DNA of 38,041 nucleotides, from NCBI GenBank assembly GCA_032718475.1, contig JAUCBJ010008387.1, positions 1-38,041 of the forward strand, given 5' to 3'. Shown here one piece after another: positions 12,790 through 24,023 of the stretch (positions within the stretch are counted from its first letter, which is position 1; the number at the start of each line of letters is the position of its first letter). The DNA is from Nemertoderma westbladi (lineage: Eukaryota > Animalia > Xenacoelomorpha). The notes beneath the pieces were generated by a model. It saw only the letters and a list, made by a program, of their open reading frames with translations. It had not been told where the DNA came from and did no database searches. The position numbers and the translations under genes were made by a program.

Positions 12790-13460
12790 GGTTAAATAGC
12801 CTCTCTTCCTCGTAGGTGATTCGCTGAGTTGTTTCTTTGGTATACTCAAAGCGAACTGGTCTACAATATAAGGTAGACGAAGGATGGTGGTTTCGCCATA
12901 CAACCTTATGATGTGGGCTGTATTCTGTAAAAGCTCGGAGTTCCAAGCGGAACCAAGCATGTAATGAATATGGATGAGTCATCAGCAAAGTTTGCTCTAG
13001 AACTTGGAAGTTGTTTGTAGGAGGACTGTCCAGTGCTCCCATCAAAACCCACCTTGCTTCGCAACACCATTCGGCAAATATCGCCCCTATTAGTGATGAA
13101 TGAGTGAATTACTTCACTACTAGTGTCACAAATACGTTTGGTGGTATGGTCATGGGAATTTATTCCTAATGGGTAACACCTATTTTTGGCTTTCCGGATA
13201 TGATTGTATGCTGGGTAGATGTTGACACCCTTAGAACATGCTTTGTTTCTAATTATCTGGTACATTGATTTACTTAATTTTCCATCAAGCATTAGTGCAA
13301 GACCTCATCATCAGAATATACTATGGATGATTCGGGTTCGGTAGAAACATGCTTGATGATTTCAGATGTACGTTTTCTACCTTCAGCTTTCAAGGAAGCT
13401 GCAGTTGCTGCGACAAGAGTTCTAATTCGTATAATTTGTTCATGTTTTCTTATCAATAAG
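12790..13460 (-). pseudogene. Transib (RAG1-core-related) transposase fragment, frameshifted
   Basis: LALMLDGKLSKSMYQIIR, IYPAYNHIRKAKNRCYP, KVGFDGSTGQSSYKQ, DSSIFITCLVPL, VVWRNHHPSSTLYCRPVRFEYTKET. Confidence 0.85.
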
Positions 13461-13989
13461 AGGGGGCAGGGGGGGGGGGGGGGGGAGAAATATCGGGGTA
13501 TTGATTAGGCCAACTGTCTGAGGCCTGTCAGCCTGAGGCGCTGTGGGGCGTCTTACCGCTGTACCGTACCGGTCAGCCGGTACTGCTGTATGCCGTATGC
13601 TGTAGGCCTATCGAACCGGACTGCGGTACCTCAGTTCATTATAGTGTAGAGTAGACCTACACGTCTTCTTACTTCTTCTTGTTCTTGGTACGGCTAGTGG
13701 TACCAGTACCAGTACTCTGGTACTGGCTACTGATATACTACTGGCAGACCAGTACCTAGCCTACCTGTCTACATGATGCCTGCAGTGTATCATAGATATA
13801 TAGATCTGTATTAAAACCAGAATATAGTACAGCAATAATAGTGAGATATCTGGATATGGCTACCTCTAATAGTGGTACAGTTAGTTCCGAAGTTCCGGGT
13901 TCTCAAACTTCTGCAACTGTTGATGCTTTGGTAATACACGTTGAAAAGATTCAAGCATATGAAATACTGGTACTTCATCCACTTCCACT

Positions 13990-14380
13990 ATCGACGGTTC
14001 GCTATCCATCCTATCTCCACATGTCTAGTTGCTCGTAGCAACAAGGTATAACAAGCTACTGCTTGTGACATAGGCAAGGTATGAGGAGCATGCAACTTCT
14101 CTACGAGTGCCTCTACTCCCAGCATCACAATGGCCACCAAACCAACTGGGAAATCGGACCCCAGATAGACCCGCTGAACACATAATCTGGGACTGGCATC
14201 ATTACCCAGGAAGGGTAAAACCTAAGTTGCTGTAAGCGACAGCACTTAATGAAGGAATATGGCCTCCCAAAGGGGGGGTGCTAAGACGAACTGACTTTGT
14301 AAGCCAGGGGCGATAAAATGCAGATGTGATCTATAAAAACCCAAATACGTATAAAACCTTGTCGCTGCAAAGTCTGCACG
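13990..14380 (+). mobile_element. Possible RTE-type LINE 5' UTR remnant
   Basis: Non-coding segment richer in GC than its flanks, with GGAAGGGTAAAACCT and TAAAACCTTGTCGCTG stretches that resemble RTE 5' UTRs; no ORF follows. Confidence 0.3.
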
Positions 14381-14540
14381 TACCATATGTATGCACTGCA
14401 TATCTCGAATACAGAAGCAAAGTCTTAAGTAGCATGCATATATTGTTCGGAAGAAAGCCACGGAAGAAATGCCACCAGTGTGGTATCCAGCTTTGGACTG
14501 GGGCCTCAATAACTGGGGTATACGGCCTACCCGAATGACC

Positions 14541-14775
14541 TGTAATAATATACTGCTGTACTGCTTGTGTGTGGCAGCAGTTTCAGAGTTGGTATAATAC
14601 TGTACACCGCAGCACCGGTACATTGGTACTAAACGGCCGCTGCGGCCCTTACATAATGGTGGTGGTCCTGGCATATTAATTATAATTCTAATTTGTAATT
14701 CTTAACATATATATTTGTGTTGCTTAATATAATGCAGTAAGGAAGGACGAATGAGATATTAAACCATTCACACCA
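14541..14775 (+). mobile_element. Putative 5' LTR of a Ty3/Gypsy element
   Basis: TGTAATA...CACACCA, immediately followed by the PBS-like TGGCGCAGTCG (14776) and a gag ORF; the left boundary is inferred because there is no second LTR. Confidence 0.6.
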
Positions 14776-14877
14776 TGGCGCAGTCGTGTTCGGCCCGCGG
14801 CATCCGCGAGTCGGAACCTAACACCTACTGGTAAAGGCACTGTACTCTGATCGTATATAGGCCTATCGCCACTGAGA

Positions 14878-15945
14878 ATGGCCGCTAAACCAAATTCGGA
14901 TGATACGTTTGAACTTACTGGCGAGGAAGTGGATGACATGGATAGGGCGTCCCTACGACTGCATTGCGACAATGCAGGCCTACTAACGAATCCTAAGGAT
15001 TCCACCGCCTCTCTAAGGCGGAAACTCCATCGCTATATTGCGGGCGACGAGACACCCGCCATGCCGACCCAGGCAGCGCCGATGATGGACATCGCCCAAC
15101 TGCTTGATAGAATCGAGCAGCAGCGTCGGGCGGATGACGTAAACCGTGCGACATACGAGGAGGAGCGCGCGAGGCGGGAAGAGCAACGCCGACGTGCAGA
15201 TCGAGAGGAACTTCTGCACCTCCTCTTGCAACGCCGCGAAACGCCGGATACACAGATACCCGACAGGCGCCCCCACCACGACGCACCAATCATCAAACTT
15301 CAAGTTCGCACGCCCGAGAAACTAGAACGGAATACGAAACTCTCAGGATTCCAACATTGGCGGGCGGCATGGGCTAACTACCAGACCATAACTCGCCTGT
15401 CAGACAAACCACGCGAGGAGCAGGTGGCGACTTTTTTCGCCTACTGCAGCACCGAATTGCTGACTGACCTGCACCATTTAATGGGGATTCCCGCGGACAC
15501 CGACCTACAAGTCGAGGAAATCTTGGTGCGTATCCACGATCACATACGCGCCCAGCATAACATTATGGTGGACCGGTACCAATTATTAAAAAACCGACAG
15601 GCGGAGCGACAGACATTCAACAAATACTGGGTGCGACTCCAAGAAGCCTTCGACGACGCCTAAGTCACCGATATGACGCTGGACGACTGGAAGTTGACCC
15701 TCCTGGTATGCGGACTCACCGATGAAAAAACAAGGGAGGAAGTCTTCGCCAAAAAACCTAGACTTGACCTGGCAGACACAGTGGAATTCTGTCAGGCTCG
15801 GGAAGTCGCCGTCAAGGAAACACAGCGACTACAGCGCAGCGTACACGCAATTAGTCAAAACGACCAACCGCAGCAACGCAGCCGCCCCCAATACCGATCA
15901 AAGAGTAAATCTCGATACCAACGGAATAAATCGGGGCACAGCACC
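14878..15945 (+). pseudogene. Ty3/Gypsy (Mag-like) gag with one in-frame stop (15661-15663), truncated before the zinc knuckle
   Basis: FQHWRAAWANYQ..T.L...P.EEQVATF, R.Q.E.QTF..Y..RL, LVCGLTDEKTREEVF..KP.LDL..TVEFCQARE; follows a PBS. Confidence 0.8.
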
Positions 15946-16143
15946 GGACGTGGACTACTTCTCTGGCAACCAACTCATGGAAAGCGTAGTCGTGGACGAC
16001 CTGCCATAACATATATAGATCAACTTGAAAGGGATACTGAACTTGGGAGAAACGAAATTGCGACAACTATGGAGAATCGGGAAGCCTGGAAGGATCTCAT
16101 TTCCACTGTCCGAGTTCGCTTGACCTAGTAGTAGTAGTAGTAA
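15946..16143 (+). mobile_element. 5'-truncated RTE-clade LINE 3' end with (TAG)n tail
   Basis: LLLWQPTHGKRSRGRPAITYIDQLERDT...MENREAW is the typical RTE ORF C-terminus; the stop runs into TAGTAGTAGTAGTAG. Confidence 0.85.
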
Positions 16144-16626
16144 CGTAGCTTTGAACATAATGTTGTGTTAGAAAACAATTACGTAGCTTTGAACATAATG
16201 TTCTGTTAGAACACAATTACGTTGATTTGAATATAATGTTCTGTTAGAACACAATTGTGTGGCTTTGATCATAATGTTCTGTTAGAACACAATTACGTAG
16301 CTTTGAACATAATGATGTGTTAGAAAACAATTACAGAGCTTTGAAAATAATGTTCTGTTAGAAAACAATTACGTAGCTTTGAACATAATGTTCTGTTAGA
16401 ACACACTTCAGTAGCTTTGAACATAATGTTCTGTTACAAAACAATTACGTGGCTTTGAACATAATATTCTGTTAGAACAGAATTATGTGGCTTTGAACAT
16501 AATGTTCTGTTAGAACACAATTATGTGGCTTTGAACATAATGTTCTGTTAGAACAAAACTACGTGGCTTTGAACGTAATGTTCTGTTAGAACACAATTAC
16601 GTGGCTTTAAACATAATGTTCTGTTA
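16143..16626. repeat. 38-bp minisatellite, ~12.5 copies
   Basis: Unit ACGTAGCTTTGAACATAATGTTCTGTTAGAACACAATT (16143, 16181, ...). Confidence 0.95.
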
Positions 16627-17008
16627 TTTCAGATTTCAGATTTTATTTCAGATAAAATGGATAAAGCCAAAGCCATAACTGTGAATGCCCAGTACACATC
16701 AGAACCTCTACCTCACGATGAGGTAGACCGGTGCCTGTTGATAGCCATAATTATAACTCGGTATGTACTGATAGCAACTACTGTATCTTCATATTTTTTA
16801 GTTTTTCATTTCATATAGAGCAGATTTTTGTGAGGATTCCAAATCTGAGAACTGATTAGCAATATATAAATATATCTATATTCAATATTATTATTATTAT
16901 ACAGCGCATTACATTACCTTACCCGCTGATGGACAACTTTTAAAATCGAGCATTACTATTTATTACTACAGTATTACTATTTATTATTCGAAATTACACT
17001 AACTGTAA

Positions 17009-17110
17009 GGGCCCATTTATACTCAGCCGTACGACAACGTCGTACGGCATCCGTGAGGTCAACGTACGGCCTCATCCATGGCCGTAAGGCGTCATGCATT
17101 CAATGATTCC
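17009..17110. mobile_element. PIF/Harbinger-like terminus (single end)
   Basis: TAA|GGGCCCATTTATACT followed by the palindrome GCCGTACGAC-AAC-GTCGTACGGC and further CGTACGGC-like motifs. Confidence 0.55.
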
Positions 17111-17629
17111 AATACATTTAAATTTGTATCAAATATGTTGAAGAACAAGTTTTGTTAGGCCTGTAGAATAGTTATAAAAATCCTAGCTAGTATAGTAAAA
17201 CAGCAATTTAGTAAATTGCGGGGGGGGGGGTGCGGAAATGTTACTACTTTATTTCACTCCTTATGTACCGTATCAGTATGTAATATATTTCATTTTCATA
17301 CTGTAGCTTTAAGTAATACTATGATAAATCTTGTAGTAGTGCTTTTTATCAAATTTTTAAATGTTAAAAAATTCAAAATGTGAAGCAGATTTTATTAACT
17401 CGAAGTGCTTAGTTTTTGCTGTACATTAGTGTTTAAACGGGATTCCGGCAAAAAATGTAATCCCGGTTCCGATCCCGACTTTTTTGGAAAGGGATCCCGA
17501 AGTATAAATAGTGAAGTAAAATTGTTGAATACCAGAAAAACTGGGAAATTTTTTTGTCAAAATCGCTCGCCTCCCTGCGTATGCGTAAGTTATGTTTCTC
17601 AATCATTTATTAATTTAATATTATTGCAG

Positions 17630-18186
17630 ATAACTGACAATGTTACAACTGCTAATTACTCAAATCGCTCCGCCAAAACGATCATCCTCGACATCATTGA
17701 TTCTCGCAAAATTAAATGAGATAATACTGAAGCAAAAGGAGCACGACGTCATCTTAAAGAGGCTCCTAAAGGTGAAGGAAAATGTGTCCTCTCCAATCCC
17801 CGATGGCGATGATATTGATTTAAAGTTGCCACTAAAGTCTATCGACGACTTTCCTCAGATTGAGGAAATCTTGAAGGAGGGCAGCAGTAGGGACGTCCTA
17901 AAGCGTCGAGTTCGTGGGGTTGGTGGCTCCTCCATGGGAGACAATACACGCGCCGCTATGCGGATGTTAATGACGGATGAGGTGGCACAGAATGTTAATT
18001 GGCGTGGAAAAGGCGGGAAGGTTCCTTTCGGGGAAAAGTTACTATGTAATATAATGACCGAAGGTCTAAGTAATTCCTCGCTATTTAGCTATTTAAGGAC
18101 GAAGTTGGAGCAAACCAAACAATTCATAAAATTATGAAAGTGTGGTTGAAACACGCCAAAGAACGATGTACAAAATCTCACCAATA
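17630..18186 (+). pseudogene. DUF4806-like accessory protein of CACTA/EnSpm-type transposons, last exon, frameshifted near the end
   Basis: Coiled coil, then LPLKSIDDF..IEE.L, VGGSS, RMLMTDEVA...NWRGKGGK..F; a shifted frame gives KVWLKHAKER; acceptor TTATTGCAG at ~17629. Confidence 0.7.
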
Positions 18187-19685
18187 AAAACTAACAATAA
18201 TAACTCTAGTACTACAGTATGTATTACCAATATTGAATCAAAATTACGTATATATTGTATGTGAAGTATTAGGGCATTATTGAATAGGTCGGTAAAGTTG
18301 GAAGGTACATTGAAATTAGGATTCCTTGAAAGGAAATCTTTAAGTTTGCGTTGCGAAAAATGCGAAAACTTTTTTTAAACAATATTTTCTTAAGATGCAA
18401 AAAAACGTTTTAGAAACAATTTTTTAATTATCGTTTGTGACTGTGAGATAGCGCGACGGGGGTCTACGATTTCATGATGATTTGTGAAAAAGGGGGAGGG
18501 GGGGGATCTAAATTGTAAAAAAAAGGGTGTGACGTAATTTAATAATCTGAAAAAATAGATGGAAAAATCAAACATTGTTTTTCAAAAATGATGATGATGG
18601 AGACTTTAATTACCAATCGCTTGGTCTTAAAATTAAGCACTAAAGAATAAATAAAATTTTATGTTAATGACTATTTATATCACGTTGATAAAAGTAGCAC
18701 TTTATAGGAAAACAGTAAAGTAAACGAGTAGACCTACTGTTTTCCTATAAAGTAATTTTATCAGTGTGTATAATTTTGTTCAAAAATTGAAATATTTCTC
18801 TCCGACTTCCCGATGAGGCGTTGTTTAATACAACGTACCGTACCGTTAGCGGTACCGTACAGTGTTTATCGCCAACTGCTGTTTGATATGCTGATTGCAA
18901 GGCCTACTCCTAGAGTACTATGGTGCGCCATAGAATTTGACCCCATAAGTTTGGTTTACGTATAGGTGAGCGTACAAAAAACTGACAGAAGGATTGAAAT
19001 GTTTCAATTTTTATATATGTTAAAAATGAATACTTGAAGAAAGTCTAAGAAGGCTCGGTGAAGAGGGTTATGATTGGATGTGGATAGGCTGTTTTCAATA
19101 ATGCCCAGTTTATACAGTAGTTAGTTATATATAACGTTAAGTATACATTGATGTACAAACAAATTTCTAACTAAAGACGGGTGAATGACCATGACCATGG
19201 AAATAATTTTAAATATAATTGTATATCAACTATTTGGGGAGGCTTCCAAGTTAAACCCGAAAACAATTATTTTGTTACATATATAGTAAATAACGTTGTA
19301 TGTTCTTCTTCCTCTCATAATAAAATATAAATGAAATATCTCAGATAGCTATGCCCTGTAACATTTCACAACCAAAATATTTAAGTGTGAAAAGTGTAGG
19401 CCTACCACGCCCCGCCCAAACAGGCCAAACAGGCATATGCAATTGAATGAGCCATCTACCAGTAAATAAAGGCTAATGTATATTGTAATTGTTAGACAGA
19501 TACTGGTGCACAAGGTATAATACAGTTGTGACAGTATGCAACCTACAATTTTAGTATAGATTTATTATATGCAAACATATGCATAACAGCAACAAGTAAC
19601 ATCTCTAAGTTATTCAGGTAGATTCAACGTATTATATCATAGCTGTTTTTGCATTTTATAAGCAACATCTTTGGTCTACGCGGTA

Positions 19686-20759
19686 TATTGGTTCACGGTC
19701 CTTGACATAGGTGACCATTATTACCGTAATGTGTGTGTGTGTGTGTGTTAGTGTGTGTGTGTGTGTGTGTGTGTGTCCAGAGCGATATCTCAGTTATTTA
19801 TTAATCAATCGAAACAAAATTTGGACAAAAGTTAGATATAGGGATGGCGAAGGCTCATACAAAAAATTGGGTGTCGAGATGGTATTTGTGCGATGTGAGC
19901 GCTATATTTGCGTGTTTTCGCATGGTTTAGGAAAAAGCTATCTTGTCATAGGGAACGCAATGAATGATTCTGATATTTGGCATGGAGGTACCTGAATTAT
20001 TTGTAAATCGATTAACGGAGGCCGATTTTTAAATTTGGACCTACATTATGACCTAATTGAAGATTTAATTAAGGTAATTAATTAGCACTGCTAGTACTGT
20101 CTGATTGTCTGCCTGTAGTAGGCATACCGGACCGGTACTACCTGACCACTGTAGGCCTATCTGCCTATCTTCATACTGTCATAGGTCAGTACAGCAGTAG
20201 GTCCTAGCCTAGCCCTAGCAGTAAATATAATATTTCGCCATGTTCGCAGGCGACTTCGCACTGACTACCAGTAGGCCTATGCAGCTATGCTATGAGATTA
20301 ACCGTCCAGTCGTTCAGATGCATATGGTACCGGTACTGGAACGGGTTACGGTTTAATCCTGCATTTGTCAATTACGACAATACCGGTACGACTTTGAGTA
20401 CCGCTGTACCGGTACGCGGTAGCCTACCGTTACCGGTTGACCGGTAGGCGTAGGCGGTAGACCTACGGTGCGATGGTAGCCAGCCGGTAGGTGGTAGGCT
20501 TACCGTACCGGTATAAATGTTGGCGGATGGCGGGATGACGTCGTGTGGCGCGTAATTACTTACCGGTTGCCGGTAGACGCCTACCCAACTCGTAACTGGT
20601 GGTCGTGGTCGTGGTGGGATGAGCACAGGAGCATGAGGTCGCCTACGACTGTACGATGGGAACAAGTGAAAAGGAAACATAGGCCTACCCGAACGAAAAC
20701 GTATTATTATTGTACTGATTAAGTAGGAGGACCGTGAACCTTCCAGGCTTGCCAGCTTG
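19686..20759 (+). mobile_element. Helentron-associated non-autonomous element (HINE/DINE-1-like)
   Basis: Perfect 13-bp subTIRs GGTTCACGGTCCT (19690-19702) / AGGACCGTGAACC (20728-20740); (GT)n microsatellite behind the 5' subTIR; 3' stem-loop CAGGCT-TGCC-AGCTTG followed by TTT. Confidence 0.85.
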
Positions 20760-20945
20760 TTTAATATAGTTGTTATGTAAAGTTTATTTTGCGTTTATAT
20801 TTGCGCTGTTGCATATACAGCGATATAGTAAACTCTTGAATCCTAATAGATTTTCGGCATAGTCTATATTAGTAAACAAGGTATTTAAGTAATTAAAGTT
20901 TTTCCCTTTAACAAATTTTGATGTTGTTTAAATTAGCAAATTACA

Positions 20946-21122
20946 ATGTCAAAAGTTTCCACAGAACGTTTTTCCCATAGAATCCAGTCAAAACCTCCTG
21001 CAAAGTTACAGGATCAATTGAATGATACTAAAGAAAGGGTCAATAAGTTACTAACTATGACAATAGAGATGTTAACATCGTTAGATGCCATCCAAGAATA
21101 CGTTTTGCTTTTAAAAACATAG
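20946..21122 (+). CDS. Small 58-aa ORF with coiled-coil character, function unknown
   Basis: MSKVSTERFSHRIQSKPPAKLQDQLNDTKERVNKLLTMTIEMLTSLDAIQEYVLLLKT*; open frame in AT-rich DNA, shorter than anything in the ORF track. Confidence 0.3.
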   Translation: MSKVSTERFSHRIQSKPPAKLQDQLNDTKERVNKLLTMTIEMLTSLDAIQEYVLLLKT

Positions 21123-21585
21123 AAATTAAGATGCTTATATAGTGCATATCAAGACCTACATGCCAGATAGATTAAAGTTTATTTAGGTCTTACTAGGTAC
21201 TTACTATACTATTGCTTTATTTTTAATTGACATATCTCAGCTCATATTTTTTACTATTACATTTTTAGTGGTGGGAAAACTAAAAAAAGCAATTCTTAAA
21301 TTAAAGAAAATGGAAATATCAGTTAAATTTACAAATGCTATTAATAAATAAGAGAAAAAACTTGAATGAAAAAATTGATATGAAAAAAAGACAGTAAAAG
21401 TTAAAGCCCCAATTGCCCATTTTCATATTGTACTGTATTTGTAACCAAGTAACATAAATGACCCCCATGGAAATAAGCTGCAAAGCTTTTGTTAGCGGAT
21501 CCAATTCGCTGCACTACCCAGCGGAAAATGGGCAAAGTGATGATTTACCAATTACAGTTGGCTACGCGACATTACCAATATTATG

Positions 21586-24023
21586 TCACCTACCAACGCA
21601 TGGGGCAACATACATTGCCAATTGGTTAGGGAGAGATGACAGGTTACAAGCCACAGAAGTTAGGGACTGCCAGAGGGGATAATAGATTGCCAATGGTGGG
21701 GCAATTTTTTGTGGTGATACATTTGAATGGGCAGTTAATTTTATATAAGATTCCTTTATTGGTGGGCTTTGTGGAGTTTGTATAGTTGGACTATCTGGTG
21801 TTGTGGGGGTTGAAATAGTTGGCCTATCTGGTGTTGTGGTGGTTGGATTAGTTGGCCTATCTGGTGTTGTGGGGGTTGGATTAGTTGGCCTATCTGGTGT
21901 TGTGGAGGTTGGATTAGTTGGCCTATCTGGTGTTGTGGGGGTTGGATTAGTTGGCCTATCTGGTGTTGTGGAGGTTGGATTAGTTGGCCTATCTGGTGTT
22001 GTGGGGGTTGGATTAGTTGGCCTATCTGGTGTTGTGGAGGTTGGATTAGTTGGCCTATCTGGTGTTGTTGAGGTTGGGATAGTTGGCCTATCTGGTGTAG
22101 TGGGGGTTATTGGAGGTGTTAATAGGAGCTGATGTAGAGCATTATGGGCAGCTAATACATTTTTAACCCCAAACTTAGAGTCTATGCAAGCGATTTTTTC
22201 TGAGTGTGCTAAATAGAACGATGCAGCTTTCTGCGTTTCTTCGTCAAAACCCATAGCTGCAGTCTCTAACAACTTGCGACAAGCCATGGGAGTTAAATTG
22301 TGGTATGGAATTTCGGGGAATGTGTCGTAAAGTCTCTTTAATTCCTGTCCAGGGCTAATGAATTGCTTACCTACTGTATTTAGAAAGACATATTTTAGAT
22401 CATTAGCAAAATCTACAGATTTGGGTTGCATTCGAACGATTTTAGGTCTAATATTTTCAGTATAGAACAAAGTTTCATCATAGAGATCATCTGATAAGCC
22501 AAAATGGGCAAGCAACTCAGCAACAGCAACAACATGTATACCATCCCCACAGAATTTAGGTTGCCCCCCACGACGAAACTCAGAAAGCTGTCAAGTGCTC
22601 ACAACCATCGGTCTTTGTACTTCTAGAACCATAAGGGGGGCCATGAGGGACCTCATATCAAGCAACAACAAGAACAAGAACAACAAGACTTAGAGAAGGG
22701 CTCACAACAAGAAGGTAATCTGTCCTATTTATTTGTTTTTGGCGTAGTAAATTTTGTTTTGCTAATTCAACTTGCTCCTTAACATTACTATCTGTTATAA
22801 TACGTATAGTTTCTCGTGGATCTCTATCTACAAACTTTTCATAGTCCTCTATCCTACGTTGTATAATTCTCTTACTTATGAGGTTAGAAATACTCGACTT
22901 TTGGAAGGCTTGGTGAGCATCTAAACAATCTTTAAATTGGTCCCACAATGAGTCAGGTTTTATTCTAAAGTGGCCTTACTCGTTTATTCTGAACTTCATG
23001 TACTTCTTTAAGTTTTTTAATGGATACTTAATACTCTCTGCAGTCATTCCTAATTCCTTAAGCTTGTATAAATACTCATCTACATAGTGTGTATTCCTCA
23101 TGTTTTTTTCCGGTTCGGTCATTTATATAGCTTGCGATTTTAAGTACGTCATAGGATTGGGATAACTTTTGGATAACTTTGCCCCCCCCCCCCCCCAGAT
23201 TTCCCTTCCATCCTATTACATTCTGAAAGGTAAAACCTATTAACAGATGGTGCTTTGTCCAGGTTGAAACGTTTATATAGTCCAGCATTTTGAATTTTAG
23301 ATTTTATTGACCCTTCCCCCCATGATATAGATGGTTCTGATAGATGTTCTTGATTTTCTGTTCTTAATTTTTTCGGTGAGTTTTGAGGACTTTCACTAAA
23401 GCTAGTATCAGAATCCGAGTCAAATATACGACACTTTCTTTTATGATTTATTTTTATTAATAGTTTATTTGGTGAACTTGGAGGGGCATAGGAACAAGAG
23501 GGTGGCACATCAAGACCAATCAGTGGTGAATGCACATTTACCACAGATGGAGGATCAGTGGAGGTGCAGGCTGATGTTTCATGCTTTAATGTAGCACCTG
23601 CAGAGTTATCTATGTCAGTCGTATCAATATCAACCTCATATCTTTTTAAAAAGCTACAGAGCTTTACAACACTGATCCCACCACCCGCAAGTATTTCTCC
23701 TACCACCTCCACTATATTTCCAAGGGAAATAGAAATATTACCCTAAGGTTTTCTACTTCTTCCACATCAGTATTATTAGTATTCTTGGGGAAATTTTTAT
23801 CAAGTCTGGCCTTTTGGTACAACCTACCTACTTCTTCCTGTGAAAACTTACTGTACTTAGCTCTATTAGCTTAACACTACAAGCTGTACTTAGCTTAACA
23901 CTTGCTCTCACCTGGCATCAGGGTGTGGTGCTTGAGGTGGCTTAATAAGTATTGTGTGGGTTCTTTGAACGAACAACCATCAACGGGACAAACAAGGTAG
24001 GTACGATTTTTGTGAGGTGCCAT
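21586..24023 (-). pseudogene. C2H2 zinc finger-tyrosine recombinase gene (decayed, 2 exons)
   Basis: Exon 1 (24023-23912) MAPHKNRTYLVCPVDGC...YLLSHLKHH; GT-AG intron 23911-23838; then IQNAGLYKRFNLD, EYLYKLKELGMTAESIK..LKNLKKYMKF, VRSLMAPLMVLEVQRPMVV..*QLSEF, Y.ENIRP, VFLNTVGK, LTPMACRKLLET, YLAHSEKIA. Confidence 0.75.
21782..22108 (-). repeat. 30-bp coding tandem repeat (TTPDRPTNPT[S/P]-type), ~11 copies
   Basis: GGTTGGATTAGTTGGCCTATCTGGTGTTGT(GGG/GGA) units, in frame in ORF 21586-22515. Confidence 0.95.

Noticed and set aside
21803-22132. Gly/Val/Leu-rich 109-aa ORF as a membrane or structural protein
   Set aside because: Antisense shadow of the 30-bp repeat.
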